NCBI GenBank assembly: GCA_010909165.1
Contig: MU008164.1
Span: 682,001 to 746,000 of the forward strand
Reading direction: 5' to 3'
Source of the DNA: Anthoceros angustus
Taxonomy: Eukaryota; Plantae; Anthocerotophyta
Length of the DNA stretch: 64,000 nt
This document shows positions 38,218 through 50,671 of this stretch, in pieces. A model generated the notes under the pieces. The model saw nothing but the letters and a program-made list of their open reading frames with translations, did no database searches and was not told where the DNA came from. How positions within the stretch are numbered: the stretch's first letter is position 1; each line of letters starts with the position of its first letter. A program made the position numbers and the translations under genes.

Positions 38218-38836
38218 GCATGAAACTTGACAAGCTGTGATAGCATGGATGGCAGGTGCAGCATTGCTTACCCTTGTACTCAATGTCGTGGAGAGCGACC
38301 CTAGGAGAGAGGGGAACTGGATTGCCAAGACGGAGGCTCTCCGGAAGCACCTGCAGTCGTGAATTAAGCAGGCAGAAGGGAGTCAGAAAGCAGAATCTTG
38401 GATGTGCAATACATGCTGGATCAATGTGATGTCCCTAGAGGAGAGTTACATACACGATAGGTGATGAAATCAATGGGACGGTAATGGCGTCAGTCTGAAA
38501 TCAGTGCTACGGGACTGGCTACCCAAGACCATCGCACGACCGACTTCTGCAGACGCTGCACCTTCCCTCTCCCTCCCTCCCCCCTGCAGGCCTTCAGGGG
38601 TTGCAAGTGGTGATGGCTGCAGTTTCCCCTGCAATCAGCGCCTGACTTAGTTCCCTCACAGTACTTACGTACAGGAGGAGATTCACAGAATTCACATGTT
38701 CTCTGACATGAGAAGAGGGGTACATCCGTCTTAGCTGTCTCAGTTTAAACAAGGTTGGAGCAAAGCAACCATATTCCCCCTCAGAAGCTCAGAAGAAGAA
38801 AGCAGTACACGATAGACAGCTAGTTCGTCTTCATTC

Positions 38837-39565
38837 TCACGGTCGACCCTTACAACTGCAACAACCAGCTGCAATTGAATGCACACGGTACCCATCCCTC
38901 ACAACAATGTCTCTTTCTTCGACCCTTGACATGATCTCCGTGGAACTGTGACAGTCACTGCACATGCGCAGATTCTTTGTTACCTCCAGAGGGGTGCCGC
39001 TTGGCGTGTTCAACAGACCAAACGCTAGAGCTAGCTTCTCAGCATGCCCACAAAGCATGGTTTCCTTTTCCTTCTCAGCCAATGGCTTCAACACCAAATT
39101 TGTGTGAGGTACGTGGCCTCCTTCCTGCTTCAGACGTGCATTCGTGCTCTCTACCTTAAGCGCGATATCCTCTCCCCTTTCTCCCACCAGGAATCTATGT
39201 GCCTGCTTATTCACCTCAATGCTCCCCACGGCAGGCTTCTTGTGAGCTCCTGCTACAATTCTCTGTGTTTCAATCCTGTCTACATCTGCCCACATACCTG
39301 CATCTGCGTAGGCATTGGCTGGGAGTCCAGCCTAACAATGCTTTTCCCTGCCTCATCTAAATGGCCTGCACGCCCAAGAAGATCAATCATGCAATTGTAG
39401 TGCTCAATATTAGGTTAGATGCCACACTGGTCAGCCATGGAATCAGTGCTTGCGACCCTCGTGGACCAGTCCCTCATGACTGCATGCTACTAGAAGGCAA
39501 GTAAAAAGTAACACCATCAGGCTGAATACCTTCAGTTAACATCTCCTCAAACAGGCTAGTGCTCT
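38837..39565 (-). pseudogene. PLS-PPR RNA-editing factor 3' portion with DYW:KP (GRP-ending) deaminase-like domain
   Basis: LFEEMLTEGIQPDGVTF, EHYNCMIDLLGRAGHLDEA, then KKPAVGSIEV...LCGHAEKLALAFGLLNTP...KNLRMCSDCH...CCSCKGRP*. 5'-truncated, with a frameshift and a stop in the PPR part. Confidence 0.9.
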
Positions 39566-40042
39566 GTGACCATCGCGCTGTGGGAAGATGACGCGCGCAA
39601 CGAACTACATGTGGCAGGACGTCTAGGTAGATACTTGTCGGACACGTACGTGATACCAGTAGCCTAAACAAACTTAATGTGTTGTCCATTTGAAAAGAGA
39701 AGGAGAAGTCTATTATAGACTGAGCCATTTGGACACAAGAGCCACCGGCTACTTGAGTTACGTCGGGCAACTCGAAGTTCCCGTGTAAACCTCAAAATGT
39801 CTCCTTTGTATGTACTTGCACTTCATCGCTTGAGGGCCGGAGGCAAAGTGAGTCTGTCATCGCCAGCCATTTATGGTCTAAAATTTGCGGGCATTGTTCG
39901 TGTTGGGGCCACTGTTGCCCAGCTAGTAGGTATCGTCTTGGCCATTATCATTACCATGATAATGGCGCTTTCCAGCTTGCTTGAAGAAGTTGCGCATGCT
40001 CAAGAAAGTGGGACGAGTTAAAAGGATATAAAGAAAGGAAGA

Positions 40043-41879
40043 CAAATTTGCTTAGAGTTGAATTAGATGAGCAAGAGTGGAAGACGCATGAAACTTGACA
40101 AGCTGTGATAGCATGGATGGCAGGTGCAGCATTGCTTACCCTTGTACTCAATGTCGTGGAGAGCGACCCTAGGAGAGAGGGAACTGGATTGCCAAGACGG
40201 AGGCTCTCCGGAAGCACCTGCAGTCGTGAATTAAGCAGGCAGAAGGAGTCAGAAGCAGAATCTTGGATGTGCAATACATGCTGGATCAATGTGATGTCCC
40301 TAGAGGAGAGTTACATACACGATAGGTGATGAAATCAATGGGACGGTAATGGCGTCAGTCTGAAATCAGTGCTACGGGACTGGCTACCCAAGACCATCGC
40401 ACGACCGACTTCTGCAGACGCTGCACCTTCCTCTCCCTCCCTCCCCTGCAGGCCTTCAGGGGTTGCAAGTGGTGATGGCTGCAGTTTCCCCTGCAATCAG
40501 CGCCTGACTTAGTTCCCTCACAGTACTTACGTACAGGAGGAGATTCACAGAATTCACATGTTCTCTGACATGAGAAGAGGGTACATCCGTCTTAGCTGTC
40601 TCAGTTTAAACAAGGTTGGAGCAAAGCAACCATATTCCCCTCAGAAGCTCAGAAGAAGAAAGCAGTACACGATAGACAGCTAGTTCGTCTTCATTCTCAC
40701 GGTCGACCCTTACAACTGCAACAACCAGCTGCAATTGAATGCACACGGTACCCATCCCTCACAACAATGTCTCTTTCTTCGACCCTTGACATGATCTCCG
40801 TGGAACTGTGACAGTCACTGCACATGCGCAGATTCTTTGTTACCTCCAGAGGGTGCCGCTTGGCGTGTTCAACAGACCAAACGCTAGAGCTAGCTTCTCA
40901 GCATGCCCACAAAGCATGGTTTCCTTTTCCTTCTCAGCCAATGGCTTCAACACCAAATTTGTGTGAGGTACGTGGCCTCCTTCCTGCTTCAGACGTGCAT
41001 TCGTGCTCTCTACCTTAAGCGCGATATCCTCTCCCTTTCTCCCACCAGGAATCTATGTGCCTGCTTATTCACCTCAATGCTCCCCACGGCAGGCTTCTTG
41101 TGAGCTCCTGCTACAATTCTCTGTGTTTCAATCCTGTCTACATCTGCCCACATACCTGCATCTGCGTAGGCATTGGCTGGGAGTCCAGCCTAACAATGCT
41201 TTTCCCTGCCTCATCTAAATGGCCTGCACGCCCAAGAAGATCAATCATGCAATTGTAGTGCTCAATATTAGGTTAGATGCCACACTGGTCAGCCATGGAA
41301 TCAGTGCTTGCGACCCTCGTGGACCAGTCCCTCATGACTGCATGCTACTAGAAGGCAAGTAAAAAGTAACACCATCAGGCTGAATACCTTCAGTTAACAT
41401 CTCCTCAAACAGGCTAGTGCTCTGTGACCATCGCGCTGTGGGAAGATGACGCGCGCAACGAACTACATGTGGCAGGACGTCTAGGTAGATACTTGTCGGA
41501 CACGTACGTGATACCAGTAGCCTAAACAAACTTAATGTGTTGTCCATTTGAAAAAGAGAAGGAGAAGTCTATTATAGACTGAGCCATTTGGACACAAGAG
41601 CCACCGGCTACTTGGAGTTACGTCGGGCAACTCGAAGTTCCCGTGTAAACCTCAAAATGTCTCCTTTGTATGTACTTGCACTTCATCGCTTGAGGGCCGG
41701 AGGCAAAGTGAGTCTGTCATCGCCAGCCATTTATGGTCTAAAATTTGCGGGCATTGTTCGTGTTGGGGCCACCGTTGCCCAGCTAGTAGGTATCGTCTTG
41801 GCCATTATCATTACCATGATAATGGCGCTTTCCAGCTTGCTTGAAGAAGTTGCGCATGCTCAAGAAAGTGGGACGAGTT
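40043..41879 (-). repeat. Tandem duplicate (period about 1860 bp) of 38175-40020, including a second DYW:KP fragment (40697-41425)
   Basis: Near-identical sequence differing by 1-nt indels. Confidence 0.9.
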
Positions 41880-42102
41880 AAAAAGGATATAAAGAAAGGA
41901 TAGGGTCCCTTAGCTTCACAAGACATGAACCTGAAGCAAGGGACAAAGTCTCGGAAACAAGACACACTATAAGTTCCAAGTTCTAATTTTCTAGTATTTT
42001 GTAAGCGGGTAAAGGGTTGGGTCCTTCAACTGACACCAATTGTCTTACTTAGTGTGCGTAGTCAGTTGTGCGTAGACTGTCTTACAGAAATCAGTGGGAA
42101 GA

Positions 42103-42255
42103 ATGCTTGGTGAGGACGAGAAAGTTTCAGGCTTTCTCACGACTGCCACGAAATGCTTGGTGAGGATGACGAGAAATTTTCAGGCTTTCTCACGATTACA
42201 ACGAAATGCTTGGTGAGGATGATGAGAAAGTTTCAGGCTTTCTCAAGACTGCAAC
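42103..42255 (+). repeat. About 45-bp tandem repeat x3 (AATGCTTGGTGAGGATGACGAGAAA…CAGGCTTTCTC); duplicate at 44459-44610
   Basis: Direct inspection. Confidence 0.85.
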
Positions 42256-42831
42256 GATGGAACAGTGATTTGTCCTACTACTGCAGGCTACATCAAAATG
42301 ATGGGGGGGTTGTTCTGCAAGCTTCGTGATGACACCTTGGTGGTAGTCAGGCCTCTCGTCTGACCTGAAGTTGGAGTAATGGAATTGCAGGTAACACTTG
42401 TGGGCACGCCTGGTGAGTGATGGGATTTGTGCCAGACAACATTTTCCTGAAATGACCATTTATGTGAGAGTCAGATCGTGCTGGTACTTTGTTTTTTGTT
42501 TGACTGGACTGTGGCGTGATATGGGGGATTTGAGTTGTCCTCCTAGATCTGGAGCTAAGACACTATACATATTCTATTCTCTAGTCTCTCCAACAATTGA
42601 GGTCTATTGTCCAGGACTTCAAGTCAAATAATTAATAAGAAATAGATTCCATCAAGTATTTCCTACTCCTTTAAATTTGCTTTGCCTTTACAGTACCGGT
42701 ACACTAAATCTGAAGTTCCCACCAAAGTGGGTACATACTCAGTTATCACTCACCGAGGACGTGGTTACAACTTACCGCCCACTCACCCTTTCAGTGCGCC
42801 ACAAACTTTCTGTGAACTCACTTTTCACAAT

Positions 42832-43292
42832 TCAGGTAGCCCCACTGTCTCGTGCACTTGCCACAGCCAGAAATACCACACTCGCAATCACCGGGCTCCA
42901 AATCAGGAGTAGGGCCAGGCTGAAGTTGGGAGTGGTGAAATTCGGAAACAGCACGCTCCCGTATTGAATAAGCGCAGCCCCAGCCAAGGATGGTGCACCG
43001 AACTCGAGTAGGTAGAAGAGATCTTGCTGCCAGAACGGCAGAGCATTCATTCTCTCGTTCAGGAAACGTGCATCAGAGACGGCTGTCACAAGGGCAGAAC
43101 GCTCATTTGCACTCACTCACCTGAGAGCAAGGAAGGGCTTTCAGAAGCCGCCCGGATGCACAATGCAGGACAGGCAGTTGTTCTCGCCCTTGCCTTGGTC
43201 GGCAACGGCCGTCCTCGCAAGCCAGAAGCAGCTGGAACAGCGGGCAGCCAGGACGCAGTTGCGCAAATGCAAGGGTGTGGAATGCAGGCCAT
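42832..43292 (-). CDS. Small predicted plastid-targeted protein with two hydrophobic helices (uncharacterised); frameshifted duplicate at about 45172-45641
   Basis: Transit-peptide-like first part (MACIPH...CIRAASES), then LPFWQQDLFYLLEFGAPSLAGAALIQYGSVLFPNFTTPNFSLALLLIWSPVIASVVFLAV. Joining the two parts needs a 38-nt GT-AG intron or a frameshift. Confidence 0.55.
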
Positions 43293-46246
43293 CTTCACAG
43301 AATAGGGCCTGGGCCACAGGGCAGTGGAGAGAGAGAGCTGTGGAGATGTTAACGGATTAGGAACGAAAAGTTAAGAAGTAAACTTGTGATCTTAGTCTGG
43401 ATTTGCAAACCCTCGCCATGGTGTGGAGCGCACTGCATCCCGTCAGGCATCACATTGTCTAATCACACAAACACACACAAGGTGGAGGAAGGTGGAGCCT
43501 GGAACACAACTAAGCCAGGATCTGCCCAAGCAGCAAAACACAGGAGCAAGGATGCGTTCAAAGCTACTGCAGAAGGGGTATGCGCAAAAAAGCGCAGAAA
43601 GATTGGTGCACAACACCAGTATATGGATCTGTGCAAACATCATGGGAGGACAGTCCCACCAAGGCATGGGGGCCCGAAGCCCTACCACTCTGCAGTGCTA
43701 TGGAAGACGGTAGAGGTGACACACACATGCCTCTTGCCGGCATGTGCAAGTGTGGGCACCACCTAGCATTGGAGAAACGGAAGCAGCTGCAGCGGCTTTT
43801 CAAAGCAGCGGAAGACGAAGCTTTTCGGTACATTGAAGGAAAAACGTATTCAGCGCAGCACAGGAAATTCCTGCTCTCCATCCACTTACCCATCACAACA
43901 TCACTGAGGACTTATATAGAGGCCATGTTTCATTATGTAATGCTCAGGCTCTCGTCGGTAACGTCCGGTGAAGCATATCATACTCCTTATTCGTTTTGTG
44001 GCAAATATCCATGTGATTGTCGCAAAGAAACCCACGGTGAAACCGATCTCACAGGCTACCTTTGAAATGACTGGATGCGCTTCATCCCATTCATCTACTG
44101 AACTTGGGCTATCCCCTCCACCTGGCGGCTGGTTAGGAACTGAGCAAGGCCGCAGTGGAGCACCACAGAGCCCTGGATTTCCTGGGAGATAAGACGAGTT
44201 ATCCAATGTGCTGAATTGCTCCAGTCGGAATGGGACCAGAAAGATTATAAAGAAAGGATAGGGTCCCTTAGCTTCACAAGACATGAACCTGAAGCAAGGG
44301 ACAAAGTCTCGAAACAAGACACACTATAAGTTCCAAGTTCTAATTTTCTAGTATTTTGTAAGCGGGTAAAGGGTTGGGTCCTTCAACTGACACCAATTGT
44401 CTTACTTAGTGTGCGTAGTCAGTTGTGCGTAGACTGTCTTACAGAAATCAGTGGGAAGAATGCTTGGTGAGGACGAGAAAGTTTCAGGCTTTCTCACGAC
44501 TGCCACGAAATGCTTGGTGAGGATGACGAGAAATTTTCAGGCTTTCTCACGATTACAACGAAATGCTTGGTGAGGATGATGAGAAAGTTTCAGGCTTTCT
44601 CAAGACTGCAACGATGGAACAGTGATTTGTCCTACTACTGCAGGCTACATCAAAATGATGGGGGTTGTTCTGCAAGCTTCGTGATGACACCTTGGTGGTA
44701 GTCAGGCCTCTCGTCTGACCTGAAGTTGGAGTAATGGAATTGCAGGTAACACTTGTGGGCACGCCTGGTGAGTGATGGGATTTGTGCCAGACAACATTTT
44801 CCTGAAATGACCATTTATGTGAGAGTCAGATCGTGCTGGTACTTTGTTTTTGTTTGACTGGACTGTGGCGTGATATGGGATTTGAGTTGTCCTCCTAGAT
44901 CTGGAGCTAAGACACTATACATATTCTATTCTCTAGTCTCTCCAACAATTGAGGTCTATTGTCCAGGACTTCAAGTCAAATAATTAATAAGAAATAGATT
45001 CCATCAAGTATTTCCTACTCCTTTAAATTTGCTTTGCCTTTACAGTACCGGTACACTAAATCTGAAGTTCCCACTCAAAGTGGGTACATACTCAGTTATC
45101 ACTCACCGAGGACGTGGTTACAACTTACCGCCCACTCACCCTTTCAGTGCGCCACAAACTTTCTGTGAACTCACTTTTCACAATTCAGGTAGCCCCACTG
45201 TCTCGTGCACTTGCCACAGCCAAATACCACACTCGCAATCACCGGGCTCCAAATCAGGAGTAGGGCCAGGCTGAAGTTGGGAGTGGTGAAATTCGGAAAC
45301 AGCACGCTCCCGTATTGAATAAGCGCAGCCCCAGCCAAGGATGGTGCACCGAACTCAGTAGGTAGAAGAGATCTTGCTGCCAGAACGGCAGAGCATTCAT
45401 TCTCTCGTTCAGGAAACGTGCATCAGAGACGGCTGTCACAAGGCAGAACGCTCATTTGCACTCACTCACCTGAGAGCAAGGAAGGGCTTTCAGAAGCCGC
45501 CCGGATGCACAATGCAGGACAGGCAGTTGTTCTCGCCCTTGCCTTGGTCGGCAACGGCCGTCCTCGCAAGCCAGAAGCAGCTGGAACAGCGGGCAGCCAG
45601 GACGCAGTTGCGCAAATGCAAGGGTGTGGAATGCAGGCCATCTTCACAGAATAGGGCCTGGGCCACAGGGCAGTGGAGAGAGAGAGCTGTGGAGATGTTA
45701 ACGGATTAGGAACGAAAAGTTAAGAAGTAAACTTGTGATCTTAGTCTGGATTTGCAAACCCTCGCCATGGTGTGGAGCGCACTGCATCCCGTCAGGCATC
45801 ACATTGTCTAATCACACAAACACACACAAGGTGGAGGAAGGTGGAGCCTGGAACACAACTAAGCCAGGATCTGCCCAAGCAGCAAAACACAGGAGCAAGG
45901 ATGCGTTCAAAGCTACTGCAGAAGGTATGCGCAAAAGCGCAGAAAGATTGGTGCACAACACCAGTATATGGATCTGTGCAAACATCATGGGAGGACAGTC
46001 CCACCAAGGCATGGGGGCCCGAAGCCCTACCACTCTGCAGTGCTATGGAAGACGGTGGTATGTGACACACACATGCCTCTTGCCGGCATGTGCAAGTGTG
46101 GGCACCACCTAGCATTGGAGAAACGGAAGCAGCTGCAGCGGCTTTTCAAAGCAGCGGAAGACGAAGCTTTTCGGTACATTGAAGGAAAAACGTATTCAGC
46201 GCAGCACAGGAAATTCCTGCTCTCCATCCACTTACCCATCACAACA

Positions 46247-49200
46247 TCACTGAGGACTTATATAGAGGCCATGTTTCATTATGTAATGCTCAGGCTCTCG
46301 TCGGTAACGTCCGGTGAAGCATATCATACTCCTTATTCGTTTTGTGGCAAATATCCATGTGATTGTCGCAAAGAAACCCACGGTGAAACCGATCTCACAG
46401 GCTACCTTTGAAATGACTGGATGCGCTTCATCCCATTCATCTACTGAACTTGGGCTATCCCCTCCACCTGGCGGCTGGTTAGGAACTGAGCAAGGCCGCA
46501 GTGGAGCACCACAGAGCCCTGGATTTCCTGGGAGATAAGACGAGTTATCCAATGTGCTGAATTGCTCTCCAGTCGGAATGGGACCAGAAAGATTATTCGC
46601 GGCAACGCTGAAATGACTCAAGAAACTCAGACTTGAAAGATCACTGGGAATGTTACCAGACAGCAGGTTGTAGCTGATATCCAGGTACTCTATGGACTGC
46701 AGCTGGCGAAAACTGTCTGGAATGGACCCTTCAAGCTCATTGTGGGAAAGGTTGAGCATTCTCAAACCAACAAGGGCACCAAAATCTGGTGAGATGCTGC
46801 CCTCGATGTGGTTAGATGACAAATCAAACACAGTGTTCGCCTGGAGAATATAGTCGAATTTCAGCGTTCGACCAGCAGCATCAATAGGAACTTCTTCATA
46901 CACAGTAACTTGTCCATTGTTTTGTGCACTCCCGTTCCGAAACCCGGTCAGGCCACTGAAGATCTCTGTGGGAATTGTTCCGGTCAAAGAGTTGTCCGAG
47001 AGCACGACTGCCTGTAGGTGGGACAAGTTTCCCAACCAGTCGGGAATGTTCCCGGTGAAGTTGTTCCTTGCCAGGCTCAAAACGCGCAGCCCCGCAATCC
47101 CTTCAAGCTCAGGAATGCTTCCTGACAATTGGTTGTCTTGCAGGTCGATAAGACTGAGGCTGGTACAGTTGCGCAAACTAGCTGGTATAGAACCGTTCAA
47201 TGCGTTCCCTCGCAAGATCAAGGATACCAGACTGATAGCGTTCCCAATGCTCTCTGGAATCGGGCCTGGCATTACGATGACAGGACAAGGTGCTGCGTTA
47301 GAACTCCTAACAAAGCTGGAAAGTTTGCTGGTAGTCAGTACCTGGCCTGCATACACAATTGATATGGTGTGGCAATCATAAAGTACGTGCAAGGGAAATG
47401 GGCACCTGTCAATTGGTTGTCATTGAGAACAAGCCTCTGCAGAAGTGTCATATTTTCAAACAAGTCGTTTGGTATGATACCCGTCATCCGAGTATGCGCG
47501 ATTTCCAGAAGCTGTAGCTGTGATAAACGTGCAAATGACGCAGGAATACTCCCCTCCACGTTGGTTCCATTCAGTTGTAGTACCTGCAACTTGTAGAGAG
47601 AGCTAATGGAAGCGGGAAGTGTGCCGTTGAAGCCGTTGTTGTCCAAGCCGAGTTCCACCAGCTCCGTCATGTTCATGAACACATCCGGGATATGTCCTGA
47701 CATATTATTTGTCCCTACACCAAGTACCTGCAGCTTAACAAGCTGCTGAAAGCTGTCGGGGATGCTCCCGGTGAACTGGTTCGTTCCAAGATCCAAGTAC
47801 TCCAGTGGCAATTCTCCCAGAAAGGAGGGAATCGTACCCGACAAACAATTGCTTTTAAGGTCCAGGTGGGATAGGCTCCGGGGCTGTGACACAGATGCAG
47901 GCATTTGCCCTGTGACGGTCATGTTCCCTCTGAAGTCTGGCAGAGGGCCCGTGAGGTTATTCCTGACAGACGGAGTTCCTTCAGGTTGACGAGTCCCAGA
48001 ATGCTGGCGGGGATGCTGCCTGTCAGGCCACTGTTGGTGAATTCCAAGTACGTTAGGTCGGTGAATCTGCTGAAGAACTGCAGGACGGATCCGGAGTCGG
48101 TGAAACGGCTTGCCCTCAGTGACAAGGTGGACAAACGTGAAAGGCGAGAGAGGAATGTCGGGATTGGCCCAGTCAGCGAATGCCCCCCCAGATCCAGCCA
48201 TTCAAGGCTTGTGCAGTTTCCAATCTCGCTGGGTAACTCTACGTTCAATCCAGGGGTAAAATACCAGCCGGTGTACCACTGTATAGCTCGAAGCTGCTTC
48301 AACTGGCCAATGCTTCGTGGGATCTGGCCCACGAGGTTCCCATTTCCTCCCAAGCCAAGAAGTACCAAGCTGGAACAGTTCCCGAAGGTTGCAGGGAGAC
48401 TTCCGCTGAGCATGTTGTAGTATAGACCAAGTTCCTGCAGTTTTTGTAGATTCCCCAGCTCGGCAGGAATGGAGCCCGCAAGATTGTTGTGGCTTAGCCA
48501 GAGGCTAACAAGGTCGGTGCAGTTTGCAAGCTCCCGTGGAATGGAGCCGTTGAGCTGGGTGTTCTGCAAAGCCAGATTCTGCAGACGATAAAGGTTCCCA
48601 ATCTCCGGTGGGATACTACCCGTGATCTGCGTTTGGGCGTATTCGTCACCAGATGATGTGAGACCGATGCTCAGAGTGGTCAAGCTGGAGCAGTTCCACA
48701 CATCAGGTGGAATCGCACCGGACAGATCATTCTCCATGAGATTGAGTACTTCGAGGCCTGACAGAGCACCCAGGCCAGGTGGGATGGGGCCTGTCAACAA
48801 GTTGGCGGAGAGGTCCAAAATCTGCAGGTTACTGCATTGGCTTAACTCACCAGGAATGGAGCCCATAAGATTGTTGTGGCTTAGCCAGAGGACAACAAGG
48901 TCGGCGCAGTTTCCAAGCTCCCGTGGAATGGAGCCGTTGAGCTGGGTGTTCACCAGAGCCAGCTTCTGCAGACGATAAAGGTTCCCAATCTCCGGTGGGA
49001 TACTACCCGTGATCTGCGTTCGGGAGTTTTGGTCACCAGATGATGTGATACCGATGCCCAGAATGGTCAAGCTGGAGCAGTTCCACACATCGGGTGGAAT
49101 CGCACCGGACAGATCATTCTCCATGAGATTGAGAACTTCGAGGCTTGACAGAGCGCCAAGGCCAGGTGGGATGGGGCCAGTCAACAGGTTGGAGGAGAGG

Positions 49201-50138
49201 TCCAAAACCTGCAGGTTACTGCACTGGCTTAACTCACCAGGAATGGAGCCCGTAAGATTGTTGTGGCTTAGCCAGAGGACAACAAGGTCGGCGCAGTTTG
49301 CAAGCTCCCGTGGAATGGAACCGATGAGCTGGGTTTTCACCAGAGCGAGCTGCCGCAGACGATAAAGGTTCCCAATCTCCGGTGGGATACTACCCGTGAT
49401 CTGCGTTTGAGAGTATTCGTCACCAGAGGATGTGACACCGATGCCCAGAAAGGTCAAGCTGGAGCAGTTCCACACATCGGGTGGAATCGCACCGGACAGA
49501 TCATTGTCCATGAGATGGAGAACTTCGAGGCTTGACAGAGCACCCAGGCCAGGTGGGATGGGGCCTGTCAACACGTTGGAGGAGAGGTCCAAAACCTGCA
49601 GGTTGCTGCACTGCCCCAGCTCCCCAGGAATGCTGCCGTAGAAGAAGTTGAGAGACAAATTTAGGACAGCCAAATACTTCAAACCCCCAATCGCAGGATG
49701 GATGGAGCCCCTGAGGTTTAGGACCGTCAAAGTCACCTCGGACACTCGTCTTGTCTGCATGACATCCTTGCACGTAATGCCTGGCCAGGTGCAAGGGGCT
49801 CCCGGCTCGCTCTCTCTCCAGCCCGCGAGTGCGTTCGAAGGGTCTTCCACGATGCTTTGCCGGAATTGAAGCAAAATGGCCACCTCTGTAGCATTGGAGG
49901 GAAAGCTCAGGGTGCTAGTGCCTCCTTCGCTGGTGATTCCCTGCAGGGTGGTGTGGCGAGCAGAACTAGTTACAGCACTAGTGCAACAGGAGGAGTGGGG
50001 AGCAAGGCCCACATGTGTAACGTGGGTGGGATTCCGATGGAATGGCTGAAGATGGGATGCTGCTCCAAAGCGGACACTGACATGCACATACAGCAGGCTG
50101 AAAAGAAGAAAGGGCAGCGAAACCTCCATCCCGCCCAT
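46247..50138 (-). CDS. Leucine-rich-repeat receptor-like protein (signal peptide, LRRNT, about 30 plant LRRs, island, TM, short tail, no kinase)
   Basis: ORFs 47919-50138, 47335-48201 and 46247-47392. PCTWPGITC cap, LxLxxNxLsGxIP repeats, GNPGLCGAPL, and TM VACEIGFTVGFFATITWIFA. One frameshift at about 47962 and a GT-AG intron at 47266-47405. Confidence 0.92.
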
Positions 50139-50671
50139 ACATATGAGTCACTTGCAAGGACACTCCGCGTTGGAGAAGGGAAACGTCGTCACATACGAGT
50201 GGGCGAGGGACGCTGATCCTCAGGCACCCTAAACCTCTCCTGTGGGAAACGCAGAAACAGAGTCGATTGAGGAAGCCAGAGTATGGACAAGACGTTGTTG
50301 TGGGTGCTAGAATTGGTCGAAAAGGATGTGGTGACTGATGTACGTCACCGCGTGAACCACGTAATCGCGTGTGTACTACGTTACCGCGTGAAATGAAGGA
50401 CAGATGACCCGACGCATGCTTGGTGGGAGGACCCTGCTATGGAATGCTGTCCTGAAGGAGAGAGGCCGAGTGAGTCAGTCAGTCAGTCCACTTTGGGATT
50501 TCCCCAAAGAATGTGATAGCTCTTGTACGACAGTGTTCAGTCCGTCCGCGGTTTTCTTGCCTCTGTGGCAGAAAGTCACACAACCAGCATAGCAAACCTT
50601 TAGAAAATATTAAATGGGGCAGTTGCGCAAGCACCCTGCGTATCAAATGGGGCAAGTGCGCATCTTGCGGC

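Larger units (their letters stand above)
41892..46593. repeat. Tandem duplication (period about 2350 bp) including the 3' end of the LRR-RLP gene
   Basis: 41892-44245 is nearly the same as 44246-46593; the RLP C-terminus is repeated at 43901-44245. Confidence 0.9.

Noticed and set aside
43580-44065. 161-aa plus-strand ORF (duplicate 45968-46411)
   Set aside because: Overlaps the RLP 3' end in antisense, has no recognisable motif, and the two copies disagree in frame.
46917-49869. Repeated plus-strand ORFs (e.g. 48622-48978, 49009-49365)
   Set aside because: Antisense of LRR repeats.
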